A stretch of DNA of 64,000 nucleotides, from assembly GCA_964350645.1 (NCBI GenBank), contig CAYGJY010000001.1, positions 326,648 through 390,647 on the forward strand, read 5' to 3'. The position numbers and the translations under genes were made by a program. The notes beneath the pieces are model-generated. The model saw nothing but the letters and a program-made list of their open reading frames with translations. It did no database searches and was not told where the DNA came from. Below are positions 53,020 to 61,871 of the stretch, in pieces; the stretch's first letter is position 1, and every line of letters starts with the position of its first letter. This DNA comes from an uncultured Candidatus Saccharibacteria bacterium (lineage in GTDB: Bacteria; Patescibacteriota; Minisyncoccia; Phycocordibacterales; UBA918).

Positions 53020-54222
53020 TTAACTACTTAGGATTTGTTCTCGTAGTTTCTTCGTGAAATTAACAATGTAGTACAGATTATGAAGACTCGCGAGTTGTGG
53101 GCCGAGCATTTCTTGGGAACGGAATAGGTGCGCTAAATACGCTTTGGTGTAGTTCTGACAAACGTAGCAGTCGCAGGATTCGTCAGGCTTGCTGAAGTCG
53201 CGGATATATTTTTGGTTTAAAAGATTAGTCCGCTGATGTCCGGCGTTAGTTGTCTCATAAATCGTCCCGGTGCGACCAATCCGGGTCGGAGCGACACAGT
53301 CAAAGGTATCGCAACCAAGCGCTACGCCTTCGCGAATATCACCGGGCTCACCGATGCCGAGTAAGTGTCGTGGTTTGTCCTCGGGGAGAATTTCGTTCAC
53401 CACTCGAATCGCTTCACCTAAGTCCTCTTTACTAAAACTCCCCCCAATGCCAAAACCATCAAAGTCCATGTCGGACAACACCCGGGCACTCTCAGCCCGC
53501 AAGTCGAGATGCCGACCCCCTTGCACCACGCCGTATAGCCCCTGCTTCTTGAGAGCGTCGTAGTTGCGCTTATGCGCCAAAATACTGCGCTTCGCCCAGC
53601 GGTGGGTACGATCCATGGCCTCTTTTTGGTATTCATAATCAGCCGTTGGACTGGTGCATTCATCAAAGGCAATGATGATATCAGCACCGATATTGTGCTG
53701 AATATCAATGGAGCGTTCTGCCGTGAAGCGGTGCATTGAGCCATCGAGGTGTGAAGTAAAGGTCACTCCTTCTTCATCAATAATACAGAGTTTTCCGTGT
53801 TCACTGGCGATGTCTTTGTTGTAGACATTGAGACTCGAGCGTTCAGTCGTCTCACTCGCCTCCCCTTTTGCAAACTTACTTACCCCTTTACCAAACGCCG
53901 CCCCCAGACTAAAGACTTGAAAGCCACCACTATCGGTCATGGTTGGCATATTCCAGTTAGCGAATTTATGCAGTCCACCGGCGTCTTTCACGACATCATC
54001 GCCCGGCTGGAGAAAAAGATGGTAGGTATTGGCGAGCGCCACTTGGTTGCCGACATACTGCTTCATGTCTTCGGGTGAGACGCCTTTCACTGTTCCCTTA
54101 GTGCCAACCACAACAAACGCCGGTGTTTCGATATCGCCATGAGGCGTATGAATAACACCAGCCCGGCCGAGAGTGCCGGGCTGCTTTTTAATCACCTCAA
54201 ATGTGACTGGTCGATCTGCCAT
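53020..54222 (-). CDS. tgt: tRNA-guanine transglycosylase
   Basis: NTYHL, TDSGGFQ, FDEC, VQGG, FDCVAPTR, CDCYVC...HNL. Confidence 0.96.
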   Translation of the reverse strand: MADRPVTFEVIKKQPGTLGRAGVIHTPHGDIETPAFVVVGTKGTVKGVSPEDMKQYVGNQVALANTYHLFLQPGDDVVKDAGGLHKFANWNMPTMTDSGGFQVFSLGAAFGKGVSKFAKGEASETTERSSLNVYNKDIASEHGKLCIIDEEGVTFTSHLDGSMHRFTAERSIDIQHNIGADIIIAFDECTSPTADYEYQKEAMDRTHRWAKRSILAHKRNYDALKKQGLYGVVQGGRHLDLRAESARVLSDMDFDGFGIGGSFSKEDLGEAIRVVNEILPEDKPRHLLGIGEPGDIREGVALGCDTFDCVAPTRIGRTGTIYETTNAGHQRTNLLNQKYIRDFSKPDESCDCYVCQNYTKAYLAHLFRSQEMLGPQLASLHNLYYIVNFTKKLREQILSS

Positions 54223-54761
54223 TAGTTGATCTCAAGTAATTCAATGGCAAACACTAGCGTGGCGTTCGGTGGAATTGGTCCTGCACCTGCTTTGCCATAC
54301 GCCTTAGTTGGTGGGATCACTAAGATTCGTTGACCACCAACTTTCATCCCCAGCACACCTTCATCCCAACCTTCGATTACTCGGCCTTCACCAAGAGTAA
54401 ACGTAAACGGAGCACCTTTTAAGTATGAGTTATCAAACTGCTGTCCATTTTGCAGTGTACCAATATAGTGCACTGTGACGGTGTCACCAAGTTGTACCAG
54501 AGCACCTTCACCAGCAGTGACGTCATCAATAATTAAACGCTCCAGATCTCCCGATGAGTCAGAGGCGTCGACGACGGCGTCAGCGACTGCAGCTCGACGA
54601 TTATCATCATCAGCAATGTACACGGCCGCTGTTTGTTCTTCTGTTTCTAGTGCACTGAGTGGGTCACTAGTAGTTTCTTGTTGAATAAACCATAAAGCAA
54701 GCACCATAATACCAATACTCCCTGCAATTCCGACTACTTCAAATTTATTTACCATATACAA
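54222..54761 (-). CDS. FKBP-type peptidyl-prolyl isomerase with N-terminal TM
   Basis: VHYIGTL...FDNS...VIEGWDEG...IPPNATLVFAIEL. Confidence 0.95.
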   Translation of the reverse strand: MYMVNKFEVVGIAGSIGIMVLALWFIQQETTSDPLSALETEEQTAAVYIADDDNRRAAVADAVVDASDSSGDLERLIIDDVTAGEGALVQLGDTVTVHYIGTLQNGQQFDNSYLKGAPFTFTLGEGRVIEGWDEGVLGMKVGGQRILVIPPTKAYGKAGAGPIPPNATLVFAIELLEIN

Positions 54762-54810
54762 AATTTAGTCTCGACATACTAGTCTAAATATGGTCAAACT
54801 GCAAGTGACC

Positions 54811-55863
54811 CTAAAATATAATCACCCCAGACATAATTGCTGATTGTAAGTCAGTGGTACTTCTTGCAGCCAACTCACGTAAGAAATTTTGTCGTTCTAA
54901 ACCATCCAGCAAATAGGGCGACACTCGCCTCCCCAAACTTGATACGGGCATAAGGGTGAGCGCTGAGCTTGTACCAAATGAAGCGGAGACAAGTAATCCA
55001 GTTTGTACCTCATCACTAAAATACTGATCAAATACAAAATTACCTAGTGAATAAACAATTGGCACGCCTTGGTATATATCTATATCTTGTACAACATGTG
55101 GATGATGTCCGATTATTAGATCAGCGCCGGCATCAATGAGATCCTCAGCAAATAACTGCTGGGAACGCGAATGAGTGAGCTGATACTCACTTCCCCAGTG
55201 CACATAAACAATTTGTTTTATAGTTGTAGTGGCAAACTGCGAAAGCGTAGCGATGGCTTGTGTTCGATTTGACTCTTCATAGATGTCATTGAAACTAAGT
55301 AATGCTACCTCGCCGATAGTGGTGTTGATACTAGTGACCGACTCTTCTGCTGTCGCCTGATTGGGATGACCAAATGTCACTAACCCTTCATTTCTGAGCG
55401 CAGTTCGAGTATGCTCGAAGTCATCTACACCATAATCGAACGTATGATTGTTAGCCAATGAAAGATGCGTAAAACCTGCGAGTTGTAAGCCAGTTAAATA
55501 GTCACTAGCAACTGAAAATTGAAAAGTGAGATCAGGTGTTTGGGCGTGCACTGTTGGCACAGCTGCTTCAAAATTTCCGATAACATACTCATGTTCCCAA
55601 AGAGTATCTTCAATCAGACGAAATGGATAGTCACTGCCATACTTACGAAGATAATCTTCAACATCACGTGCCAACATAACATCACCAACAAATAAGAGTG
55701 ACGAAGAAACCGGCATTCTAGCCAACTCTTTCTCAGCAGAAATAACTTGTGCCACACTTCCGTAAGAGGAATTAAAATATGACCCAATCTCAAACGTTGC
55801 ATTGGTAAACCAAATAGCCGAACAAAGAATCAGAATGAGGACTGAGAAAAAAGCGTGCTTCAT
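54811..55863 (-). CDS. CapA-family metallophosphoesterase-fold protein
   Basis: GDVML, NFE, ANNH, HWG, GHHPH, YSLGNF. Confidence 0.92.
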   Translation of the reverse strand: MKHAFFSVLILILCSAIWFTNATFEIGSYFNSSYGSVAQVISAEKELARMPVSSSLLFVGDVMLARDVEDYLRKYGSDYPFRLIEDTLWEHEYVIGNFEAAVPTVHAQTPDLTFQFSVASDYLTGLQLAGFTHLSLANNHTFDYGVDDFEHTRTALRNEGLVTFGHPNQATAEESVTSINTTIGEVALLSFNDIYEESNRTQAIATLSQFATTTIKQIVYVHWGSEYQLTHSRSQQLFAEDLIDAGADLIIGHHPHVVQDIDIYQGVPIVYSLGNFVFDQYFSDEVQTGLLVSASFGTSSALTLMPVSSLGRRVSPYLLDGLERQNFLRELAARSTTDLQSAIMSGVIIF

Positions 55864-55873
55864 AGCCTATGTC

Positions 55874-56281
55874 TTACCACTCAGAGTGGAAAATACCAAC
55901 CTTCAAAAACCACATCATTCCCATCAAAAAAATAACTGCCAACAAAATCGTGATAATAACAATTGAAATTATTTGACCACGGTAGGCTCGTGCTAACGAA
56001 TCTTCATGTTCCTTTGATATATCACTAAGGTTTATTTCAATGCCAAGGAGAGAATGTAAGGTATCCGGACTAATTGGATTATTGGTATTGAACACATTAT
56101 GAAAAGAGTCAATGTGTTGGTGTTTTTTTTGCGGATCTTCACGAAGAACCACCAGAGCTGTTTCGACATCATTTTCATGCCAACGGGCACTGATTAAGAG
56201 TGACTTAATTTCCTCATCTGGGGCATCTGGTCGTAACCCATTGAGGTGCAGGAATTTTTCAATATGCTTGCGATCAATCAT
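55874..56281 (-). CDS. Hypothetical protein with C-terminal TM
   Basis: 135 aa; overlaps the upstream gene. Confidence 0.7.
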   Translation of the reverse strand: MIDRKHIEKFLHLNGLRPDAPDEEIKSLLISARWHENDVETALVVLREDPQKKHQHIDSFHNVFNTNNPISPDTLHSLLGIEINLSDISKEHEDSLARAYRGQIISIVIITILLAVIFLMGMMWFLKVGIFHSEW

Positions 56282-57323
56282 GATGCGATGTGGTTGCGTC
56301 AGAAGCGATTGAGATGTGTTGGGAGTATAATTCCAACAACACCATAAACAGCGTCACAATTACTGGTCCAACAATAAACCCAATCGGTCCGAACAATGAA
56401 ATTCCACCCAGTACCGACAACAGAATCAAAAACGGATGCATAGCGTTACCACGGCTCATTAAGTACGGACCGAGTAAATTATCAATGAGTCCAACCGCTA
56501 ATATACCCCAAATTGCTAAGCCCATTGCACTCAAGTATGACCCAGTCACAACCAAGTACAGCACAGTTGGTACAAATACAATTGACGTCCCGACACTCGG
56601 AATCAAAGCACCAAACGAGGCTATGACCCCACCAAAAACAGCTCGCTCAAAGCCAAACAGCCACAAACCAAGAGCAGTCAGAGTCCCCTGAATGATCGCA
56701 ACCAAGAGTGTCCCTGTCAGTACAGCTCGAAGTGACTGTGCCATACGGCGAAGGATTTTGTCATCTTGGTCATCTGGAAGCGGACTTATAGCCACTAACT
56801 TTTTTGTAAACTCTCGGCCATCACGGAAGAAATAAAAGGAACCAATCATGGCGATAAAGAACAAGAAAATTGTCGAAGCAGTACCGGCAAAAATCGCTCC
56901 TAAGTTACCCGCTAAAAAACTAGCTGCCTGTGTAAGATATTCGGTGATGTTAAGTTCAAAACCAGGGAGATAGGTGTTGACTGCTGTTTCAAACGAGCGT
57001 AAGCCAGCTTCAAAGCCTATCTGCTCTTCACCGGCCGCTCTGTAGACAGATACTGCTTCATTGACTAAAGCTGAAGTAATAAGCAAGAGTGGGATGATAA
57101 CAATCATAAATACGATGACTGTTGTTAGTAGAGCAGCAAGCGTTTCATTATGACGTGGAACGCGCTTTTTGATTCGTTCGTAAAGTGGAAATGAGATCGT
57201 AACGATAATAGCAGCGAGTGCAAGCGCTGAGACAAATGGCTGGAGCATTTCCCATACCAAATATGCCACGACACCCATCAAACCGAAAAAGAAAACGTAT
57301 TCAACTATGCGGTTCATTACCAT
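56274..57323 (-). CDS. AI-2E family transporter
   Basis: YFFRDG, LIPSVG, DNLLGP, HP...SVLGG...GFIVGP. Confidence 0.93.
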   Translation of the reverse strand: MVMNRIVEYVFFFGLMGVVAYLVWEMLQPFVSALALAAIIVTISFPLYERIKKRVPRHNETLAALLTTVIVFMIVIIPLLLITSALVNEAVSVYRAAGEEQIGFEAGLRSFETAVNTYLPGFELNITEYLTQAASFLAGNLGAIFAGTASTIFLFFIAMIGSFYFFRDGREFTKKLVAISPLPDDQDDKILRRMAQSLRAVLTGTLLVAIIQGTLTALGLWLFGFERAVFGGVIASFGALIPSVGTSIVFVPTVLYLVVTGSYLSAMGLAIWGILAVGLIDNLLGPYLMSRGNAMHPFLILLSVLGGISLFGPIGFIVGPVIVTLFMVLLELYSQHISIASDATTSHHD

Positions 57324-57373
57324 GTGGTTATTGTAGCAAACTAGTGGTGCGGAGTGTTAGTTAATTGCAGAAC

Positions 57374-57412
57374 AACACAAGAGCCGGACGGAAATGTCCG
57401 ACTCGTCGTGTT
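57374..57412 (-). terminator. Imperfect hairpin just after the small-ORF stop
   Basis: AACAC..GAG.CGGAC-GGAAAT-GTCCG.CTC...GTGTT. Confidence 0.45.
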
Positions 57413-57416
57413 ACCT

Positions 57417-57572
57417 TCAGTCAATTGACTCGAATTGTCTTTGTGACTGAACGGCGGCTGCCTCGAAGGCGCCGAAGGTTTGTACAATTGCGTTCTCGAA
57501 CGCTACAAACGCATTCCCTAACAGATGCGAAATCGCGTACAACACAATGACAAAGCCAATTGCTCTGAACAT
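57417..57572 (-). CDS. 51-aa small protein with hydrophobic N-terminus (absent from the ORF track)
   Basis: Manual translation MFRAIGFVIVLYAISHLLGNAFVAFENAIVQTFGAFEAAAVQSQRQFESID*; co-directional with neighbours; flanked by a promoter and a hairpin. Confidence 0.7.
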   Translation of the reverse strand: MFRAIGFVIVLYAISHLLGNAFVAFENAIVQTFGAFEAAAVQSQRQFESID

Positions 57573-57661
57573 AACACGTTTTGTTGCAAACCCGCTTCCA
57601 GAGCCACGCTCTGGCTACTAAGCGTCGAGTTTGTAGTTCTGCAATGAACTACTCTATCTTA

Positions 57662-57689
57662 ATTAAACTAGATAAATTAAATTTGTCAA
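57662..57689 (-). promoter_or_regulatory. Sigma70 promoter for the small-ORF transcript
   Basis: TTGACA-16 bp-TTTAAT. Confidence 0.55.
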
Positions 57690-58442
57690 TTATAGGTATC
57701 CAAAAATTACATCAATCCCAAGCCAATAGAAGAGCTGGTTGCCATACTCGACTGTTAAACCAAAGTTATCCGAAAGTAATAACAAACCGACTCCAATCAG
57801 GAATACACCACCAATTAGTGAAACCGACTTACTTAAAAATGTATATTTTTCTATGTATTTGGAAGCTCTTTCATACAATAGAGCGGTCAACAAAAATGGT
57901 ATCGCTAAGCCAGCTGAAAAGACGCTAAGTAAGAGGACTCCCTCCAAGACTGTCGTACTGGTCGACGCAAGTAGCAGGATTGAAGCCAAAATGGGTCCAA
58001 TGCAAGGTGTCCAACCAATTGCAAAAATTGCACCAATCAAAAACGCACTTTGTGGTCTACCAGGTTTCAAGCTTTTAGGTACAGCAAGCTTGTTGTCTTT
58101 AGCGAGTGGTGAAAACGAAAAAACATTAAGCATGAACAGACCGAATAAAATAATACACACACCACCAACTTGAGTTAGTGGTCCACGCCAGGGACCAATA
58201 AAACTACCGAACAGTCCAGCTACAACACCGAAAAATATAAATACGAGTGAAAAGCCAATCACAAAAGCTAGGCTATTTTTTCGAATTTGTTTCTGCGCTA
58301 CGGATCGATCTTTTTTTATATCAACTGCAGAAACCCCACTGATAAAAGCCAAATATGCCGGCACCAATGGCAGCGTACAGGGAGCTACAAACATGAGTAG
58401 GCCGGCAAAAAATGCTGGAATAATCAGTGTAATAATGTCCAT
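57690..58442 (-). CDS. ccdA: CcdA/DsbD-TM family disulfide transporter
   Basis: APCTLPLVPAYL, GWTPCIGPIL. Confidence 0.92.
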   Translation of the reverse strand: MDIITLIIPAFFAGLLMFVAPCTLPLVPAYLAFISGVSAVDIKKDRSVAQKQIRKNSLAFVIGFSLVFIFFGVVAGLFGSFIGPWRGPLTQVGGVCIILFGLFMLNVFSFSPLAKDNKLAVPKSLKPGRPQSAFLIGAIFAIGWTPCIGPILASILLLASTSTTVLEGVLLLSVFSAGLAIPFLLTALLYERASKYIEKYTFLSKSVSLIGGVFLIGVGLLLLSDNFGLTVEYGNQLFYWLGIDVIFGYL

Positions 58443-58448
58443 AATAAT

Positions 58449-59000
58449 TTATTCCGTCTGACTCAGAGCAGCTTCAGTGTGTTTTTGCATTTCCGCAAGC
58501 TTCATAGAGCCACGCTTATGAAAGACGACATTCCCTTCCCGATCATAAAAAATTGTCTCTGGCATAGCAAAACCTGCAATTGATTCATAAAAGAAATCAG
58601 TTTGGTCTTGGACGAAGATAAGGTTGTCTTGATTAGAAATTTTTGAAACAAACTGTTTTGCCAGTGCATTCGGCTCCGCACGATTAATTGCGATGACAAC
58701 TACGTCTTCTTTTGGATACTCACCTGCCAATACCGCAAAGTCTTTGAGCTCAGTGGCACAAAATGGACACCACGTCGCCCACGAATTTACCACTCGTACC
58801 CGACCATTGTATTCTTTCAAAGAAACCGGATTCCCGTCGAGATCAGTATAAACCGAAGTTTGATCAGTCGCACTCAGTGAACGTGCTGCGTCAGAAGTGA
58901 CATCTTCATTTGAACTGACAACAAAAAATACATATCCTGCCGCTACTAACAAAATAGATGCGATTGTGGCTATAGTAATAATAATTGAACGATCTTTCAT
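58449..59000 (-). CDS. TlpA/ResA-like thioredoxin
   Basis: N-terminal TM, NSWATWCPFC, AMPETIF. Confidence 0.9.
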   Translation of the reverse strand: MKDRSIIITIATIASILLVAAGYVFFVVSSNEDVTSDAARSLSATDQTSVYTDLDGNPVSLKEYNGRVRVVNSWATWCPFCATELKDFAVLAGEYPKEDVVVIAINRAEPNALAKQFVSKISNQDNLIFVQDQTDFFYESIAGFAMPETIFYDREGNVVFHKRGSMKLAEMQKHTEAALSQTE

Positions 59001-59003
59001 ACG

Positions 59004-59666
59004 TTATAAAGATAGTAATGCTCGCCAATTAGCGTATGGCAAAGCTCCTGAAACAGGTTGCGTCCGACCGTCAGCGAACAAGATGACGCTGAAAGGTGTA
59101 CCGTTTCCACCGAGTGCCTGAGCGGTAGCTACATCAGATGCAATCTGTTGGCTGATCGTATCATCGGTTTCACATGCAGCAAAAGCTTCAGACGAAAGAC
59201 CATATCTCTCGGCTGCCTCTAGAAGATAGGTTCTTGATACCTCTCGATAATTGGCAAAAATATCGTCAGTATACTGCCAGAAAGCTGTCTGCCCTACTTC
59301 CCGAGCCACACATTCAGCTGCTGTCGCTGCTAGCTCAGCGTTACGATGACTCGGTAGCGGTAAGTGTCGAAACTCCCAGTTTATGGTGCCCTCAGACTCA
59401 TCAACAATCCTACGAATTGTTGGGTGTAATTGAGCGCAAAACGGACATTCGAAGTCAGAAAATTCAATAATAGTAGTCTCTGCTTCGGCAGCTCCATACA
59501 TAAGCCGATCGGCGCTATCTCGCTGCGGAGATATAGTATTAGCTGATACAACTGAGCGACCTGTGTTTGATTGGTCGTTCAATCCAGTTACGTACAGTGC
59601 CCCTGCTACCAGTGCAAACCCAATGACTATAGCAAGAGGTGTGTAGTAGGTGGTACTCATGATCAA
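59004..59666 (-). CDS. DsbA-family oxidoreductase
   Basis: EFSDFECPFC, RHLPL, GTP. Confidence 0.92.
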   Translation of the reverse strand: MIMSTTYYTPLAIVIGFALVAGALYVTGLNDQSNTGRSVVSANTISPQRDSADRLMYGAAEAETTIIEFSDFECPFCAQLHPTIRRIVDESEGTINWEFRHLPLPSHRNAELAATAAECVAREVGQTAFWQYTDDIFANYREVSRTYLLEAAERYGLSSEAFAACETDDTISQQIASDVATAQALGGNGTPFSVILFADGRTQPVSGALPYANWRALLSL

Positions 59667-59691
59667 TGTAATTAACGTAAATACAAATTAA

Positions 59692-60180
59692 TTAACCTTT
59701 GACAAACACTTCAAAATCTTCCGGTGTCTCTCCTTCAGCCGGCGGAATTAAGTTGACTCGTATGTGGCGGTCCATAAAATGACCGTGAAAAGAAACTTCT
59801 GGTGGACCAGCGACGTCAATCCGAAAGCGCGCCGGGGTAATAACCTCGGCACACGATTCTGCATTGTTAATAACAGCAAAATCTAATTCAATTTCAGGTG
59901 ACGCAGTTTCTATGAGAGTTCCTGATGACGTCAACAAATCGCATGGGGTTGGCATCAGGATCTCACCAACCAAAATCCAGGTGCCATCTTGATAAAAAGC
60001 TTTAGCGTCGACTGCGTCAATATAGTCGTATGGAGTTGTCTGTTCTTTCTCAGCCGCAGCCGTTTGGTCTTCCACAGAGTCAGGCTGCATTTCTTGCTTT
60101 TTAAGAAATGCAAAAGTAAACATCCCAATAACTAGTAAGGCAAATATGACGATAGTGAAAATAATTGATTTTTGATGCAT
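59692..60180 (-). CDS. Membrane-anchored hypothetical protein
   Basis: N-terminal TM; Cys pair MPTPC...CAEVIT; start MHQK 7 nt after TATACT. Confidence 0.7.
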   Translation of the reverse strand: MHQKSIIFTIVIFALLVIGMFTFAFLKKQEMQPDSVEDQTAAAEKEQTTPYDYIDAVDAKAFYQDGTWILVGEILMPTPCDLLTSSGTLIETASPEIELDFAVINNAESCAEVITPARFRIDVAGPPEVSFHGHFMDRHIRVNLIPPAEGETPEDFEVFVKG

Positions 60181-60200
60181 ATTCAAAAGTATATCATTTG

Positions 60201-61871
60201 CTATCTAACAATTTGGTTCTGGCCAACAAAGACGGTGATATTGGGAACTTTAGTTGTTGTGCTCGCCACCTCATCGCTAGTGGTAGCAGTTCGAGCAGAC
60301 AAAAGTGCCCCACCAAATTTTCGGCTAATTTTTAAGGCTTCTTGCGGTACCGACGCATCAAAGACAATTACGGTATTTTTATTGACCCGAGATGTATCGG
60401 CTCTCAGCTCGGAAACAGCATAGCCTGACTCAGTCAGACTGTAGGCAGCATAAGCTGCTGTTCCTGATTTACCACTAGTGTTTACAACCGAAAGTGTGAA
60501 GCGTTGGTCACTTGTTGTAGAGTCACTAGACAAACTGACACCATTAGACAAAGAATCAAAGACGATTTCTTCAGCATTAAGGCTGGTAGTACTATCAGGA
60601 TTATCGATCGATACATCGTAATTCTTATTTTCGTCAGTGACATCTGCAATAAAAAATCCAGAGATAACAATGATCACAATGATACATGCTATGAATCCAA
60701 AAAATAATCGGTATTGTTTAAGAAATGTCACCAGTACTCGAACGACATCCCATAAAGCATGTACGTTTTGCAAACGATTTTTTAAATCGTCAAATCCGTT
60801 CCGTACTGGAGCGGTGATGGTTTTATACTTACTCACTTCAATATCACCAGCACTTACTTTTTGCATAGTTCTGCGTTCTGGATTAACACCAGCCATGAAA
60901 AGCATATGTCTGACATACGTTCTAATCCCAACCACAATAATGAAGATTGCCCCAAACAGACCAGCCAGTGTGAAAAAGAGAGCTTTAAGAGGAACGACCC
61001 AAAAATAAGTGGCCGAGCTAACAAACTGAGTACTACCAGCGCCATATGCAAGCGACACATCAGCTTTGTAGCGACCTATATCCGTAAAAGAGGATTCCCC
61101 TTCCCATGAAAATCTAAAGTTACGAATACTGTTTGGCAATACGTTTCCGAAGTGAGTGCGGTAGTTAATCGGAATTACTCCGCGTTCTTTACCCCACATA
61201 TTGTATATTGTAATTTCACCACGTGGCTGCAAGTGCACATTACCTTTATTTTCAAATCTAAGTTCAAACTCTGCGGCAGGCGACTGTAAAAATGATTGTG
61301 CCACTGAGAACGACCGAATTGTCCCATCTTCAATCACATCACCAGACACTCGCACAAAGAAAAGTGAAGAAACAACTTGTGAAGTTTTAACTGAGAGCTT
61401 ACTACCATCTTCGGCAGTTGGTTGGGTGCTGATAAGAATTGCAGCGAAGTGCCCGCCCGGTGAAGCATCATCAGGTACAAATACACCAAAAGGCACCACT
61501 TTGCTTTGTTCAGCTAAGACCGTCACCGGTGAAGAACTTATTTCTACCCACTCAGCTAACGTTGAACCTTCCGTCATTGATTCCAGTACTGGCAATAGGC
61601 GACCCTGACCCGCCTCACCCTGAGGTTCAAAATTTACAACGCTTGGATACACGACAATATCAAAGGGATTACTATTGATGACTTTCACTGAGGACTGCCA
61701 AATCTGTCCTGGATTAGCAGACATCTCAAACAACGTTGGTGTCACTGCCAGTGAAAATGAGTTTTGAGCGTATGCTACTGGCACCATTAGGCAGCTGACA
61801 AAAAAAATCCCGAGTACAGTAACTAACCGCCAGTTATACAGTGCTTTATTTTTGTTTGAGATTGATATCAT
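60201..61871 (-). CDS. DUF916/WxL-interacting-like protein with C-terminal LytR_C-like domain
   Basis: PDDASPGGHFAAI, FENKGNVHLQPRG, GRYKA; two TMs; VVNTSGKSGTA...ITVFVG. Confidence 0.65.
   Translation of the reverse strand: MISISNKNKALYNWRLVTVLGIFFVSCLMVPVAYAQNSFSLAVTPTLFEMSANPGQIWQSSVKVINSNPFDIVVYPSVVNFEPQGEAGQGRLLPVLESMTEGSTLAEWVEISSSPVTVLAEQSKVVPFGVFVPDDASPGGHFAAILISTQPTAEDGSKLSVKTSQVVSSLFFVRVSGDVIEDGTIRSFSVAQSFLQSPAAEFELRFENKGNVHLQPRGEITIYNMWGKERGVIPINYRTHFGNVLPNSIRNFRFSWEGESSFTDIGRYKADVSLAYGAGSTQFVSSATYFWVVPLKALFFTLAGLFGAIFIIVVGIRTYVRHMLFMAGVNPERRTMQKVSAGDIEVSKYKTITAPVRNGFDDLKNRLQNVHALWDVVRVLVTFLKQYRLFFGFIACIIVIIVISGFFIADVTDENKNYDVSIDNPDSTTSLNAEEIVFDSLSNGVSLSSDSTTSDQRFTLSVVNTSGKSGTAAYAAYSLTESGYAVSELRADTSRVNKNTVIVFDASVPQEALKISRKFGGALLSARTATTSDEVASTTTKVPNITVFVGQNQIVR

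Larger units (their letters stand above)
57358..57651. repeat. 20-bp imperfect inverted repeat pair enclosing the small ORF
   Basis: 57358-57377 TAGTTAATTGCAGAACAACA versus revcomp of 57632-57651 TAGTTCATTGCAGAACTACA (18/20 identical). Confidence 0.75.

Noticed and set aside
54811-55863. Poly-gamma-glutamate capsule locus
   Set aside because: No capB or capC nearby; solo CapA-family proteins are common.
57365-57928. + strand ORFs 57365-57550 and 57581-57928
   Set aside because: Their composition is not protein-like, and they are antisense to the better-supported 51-aa ORF and to ccdA.
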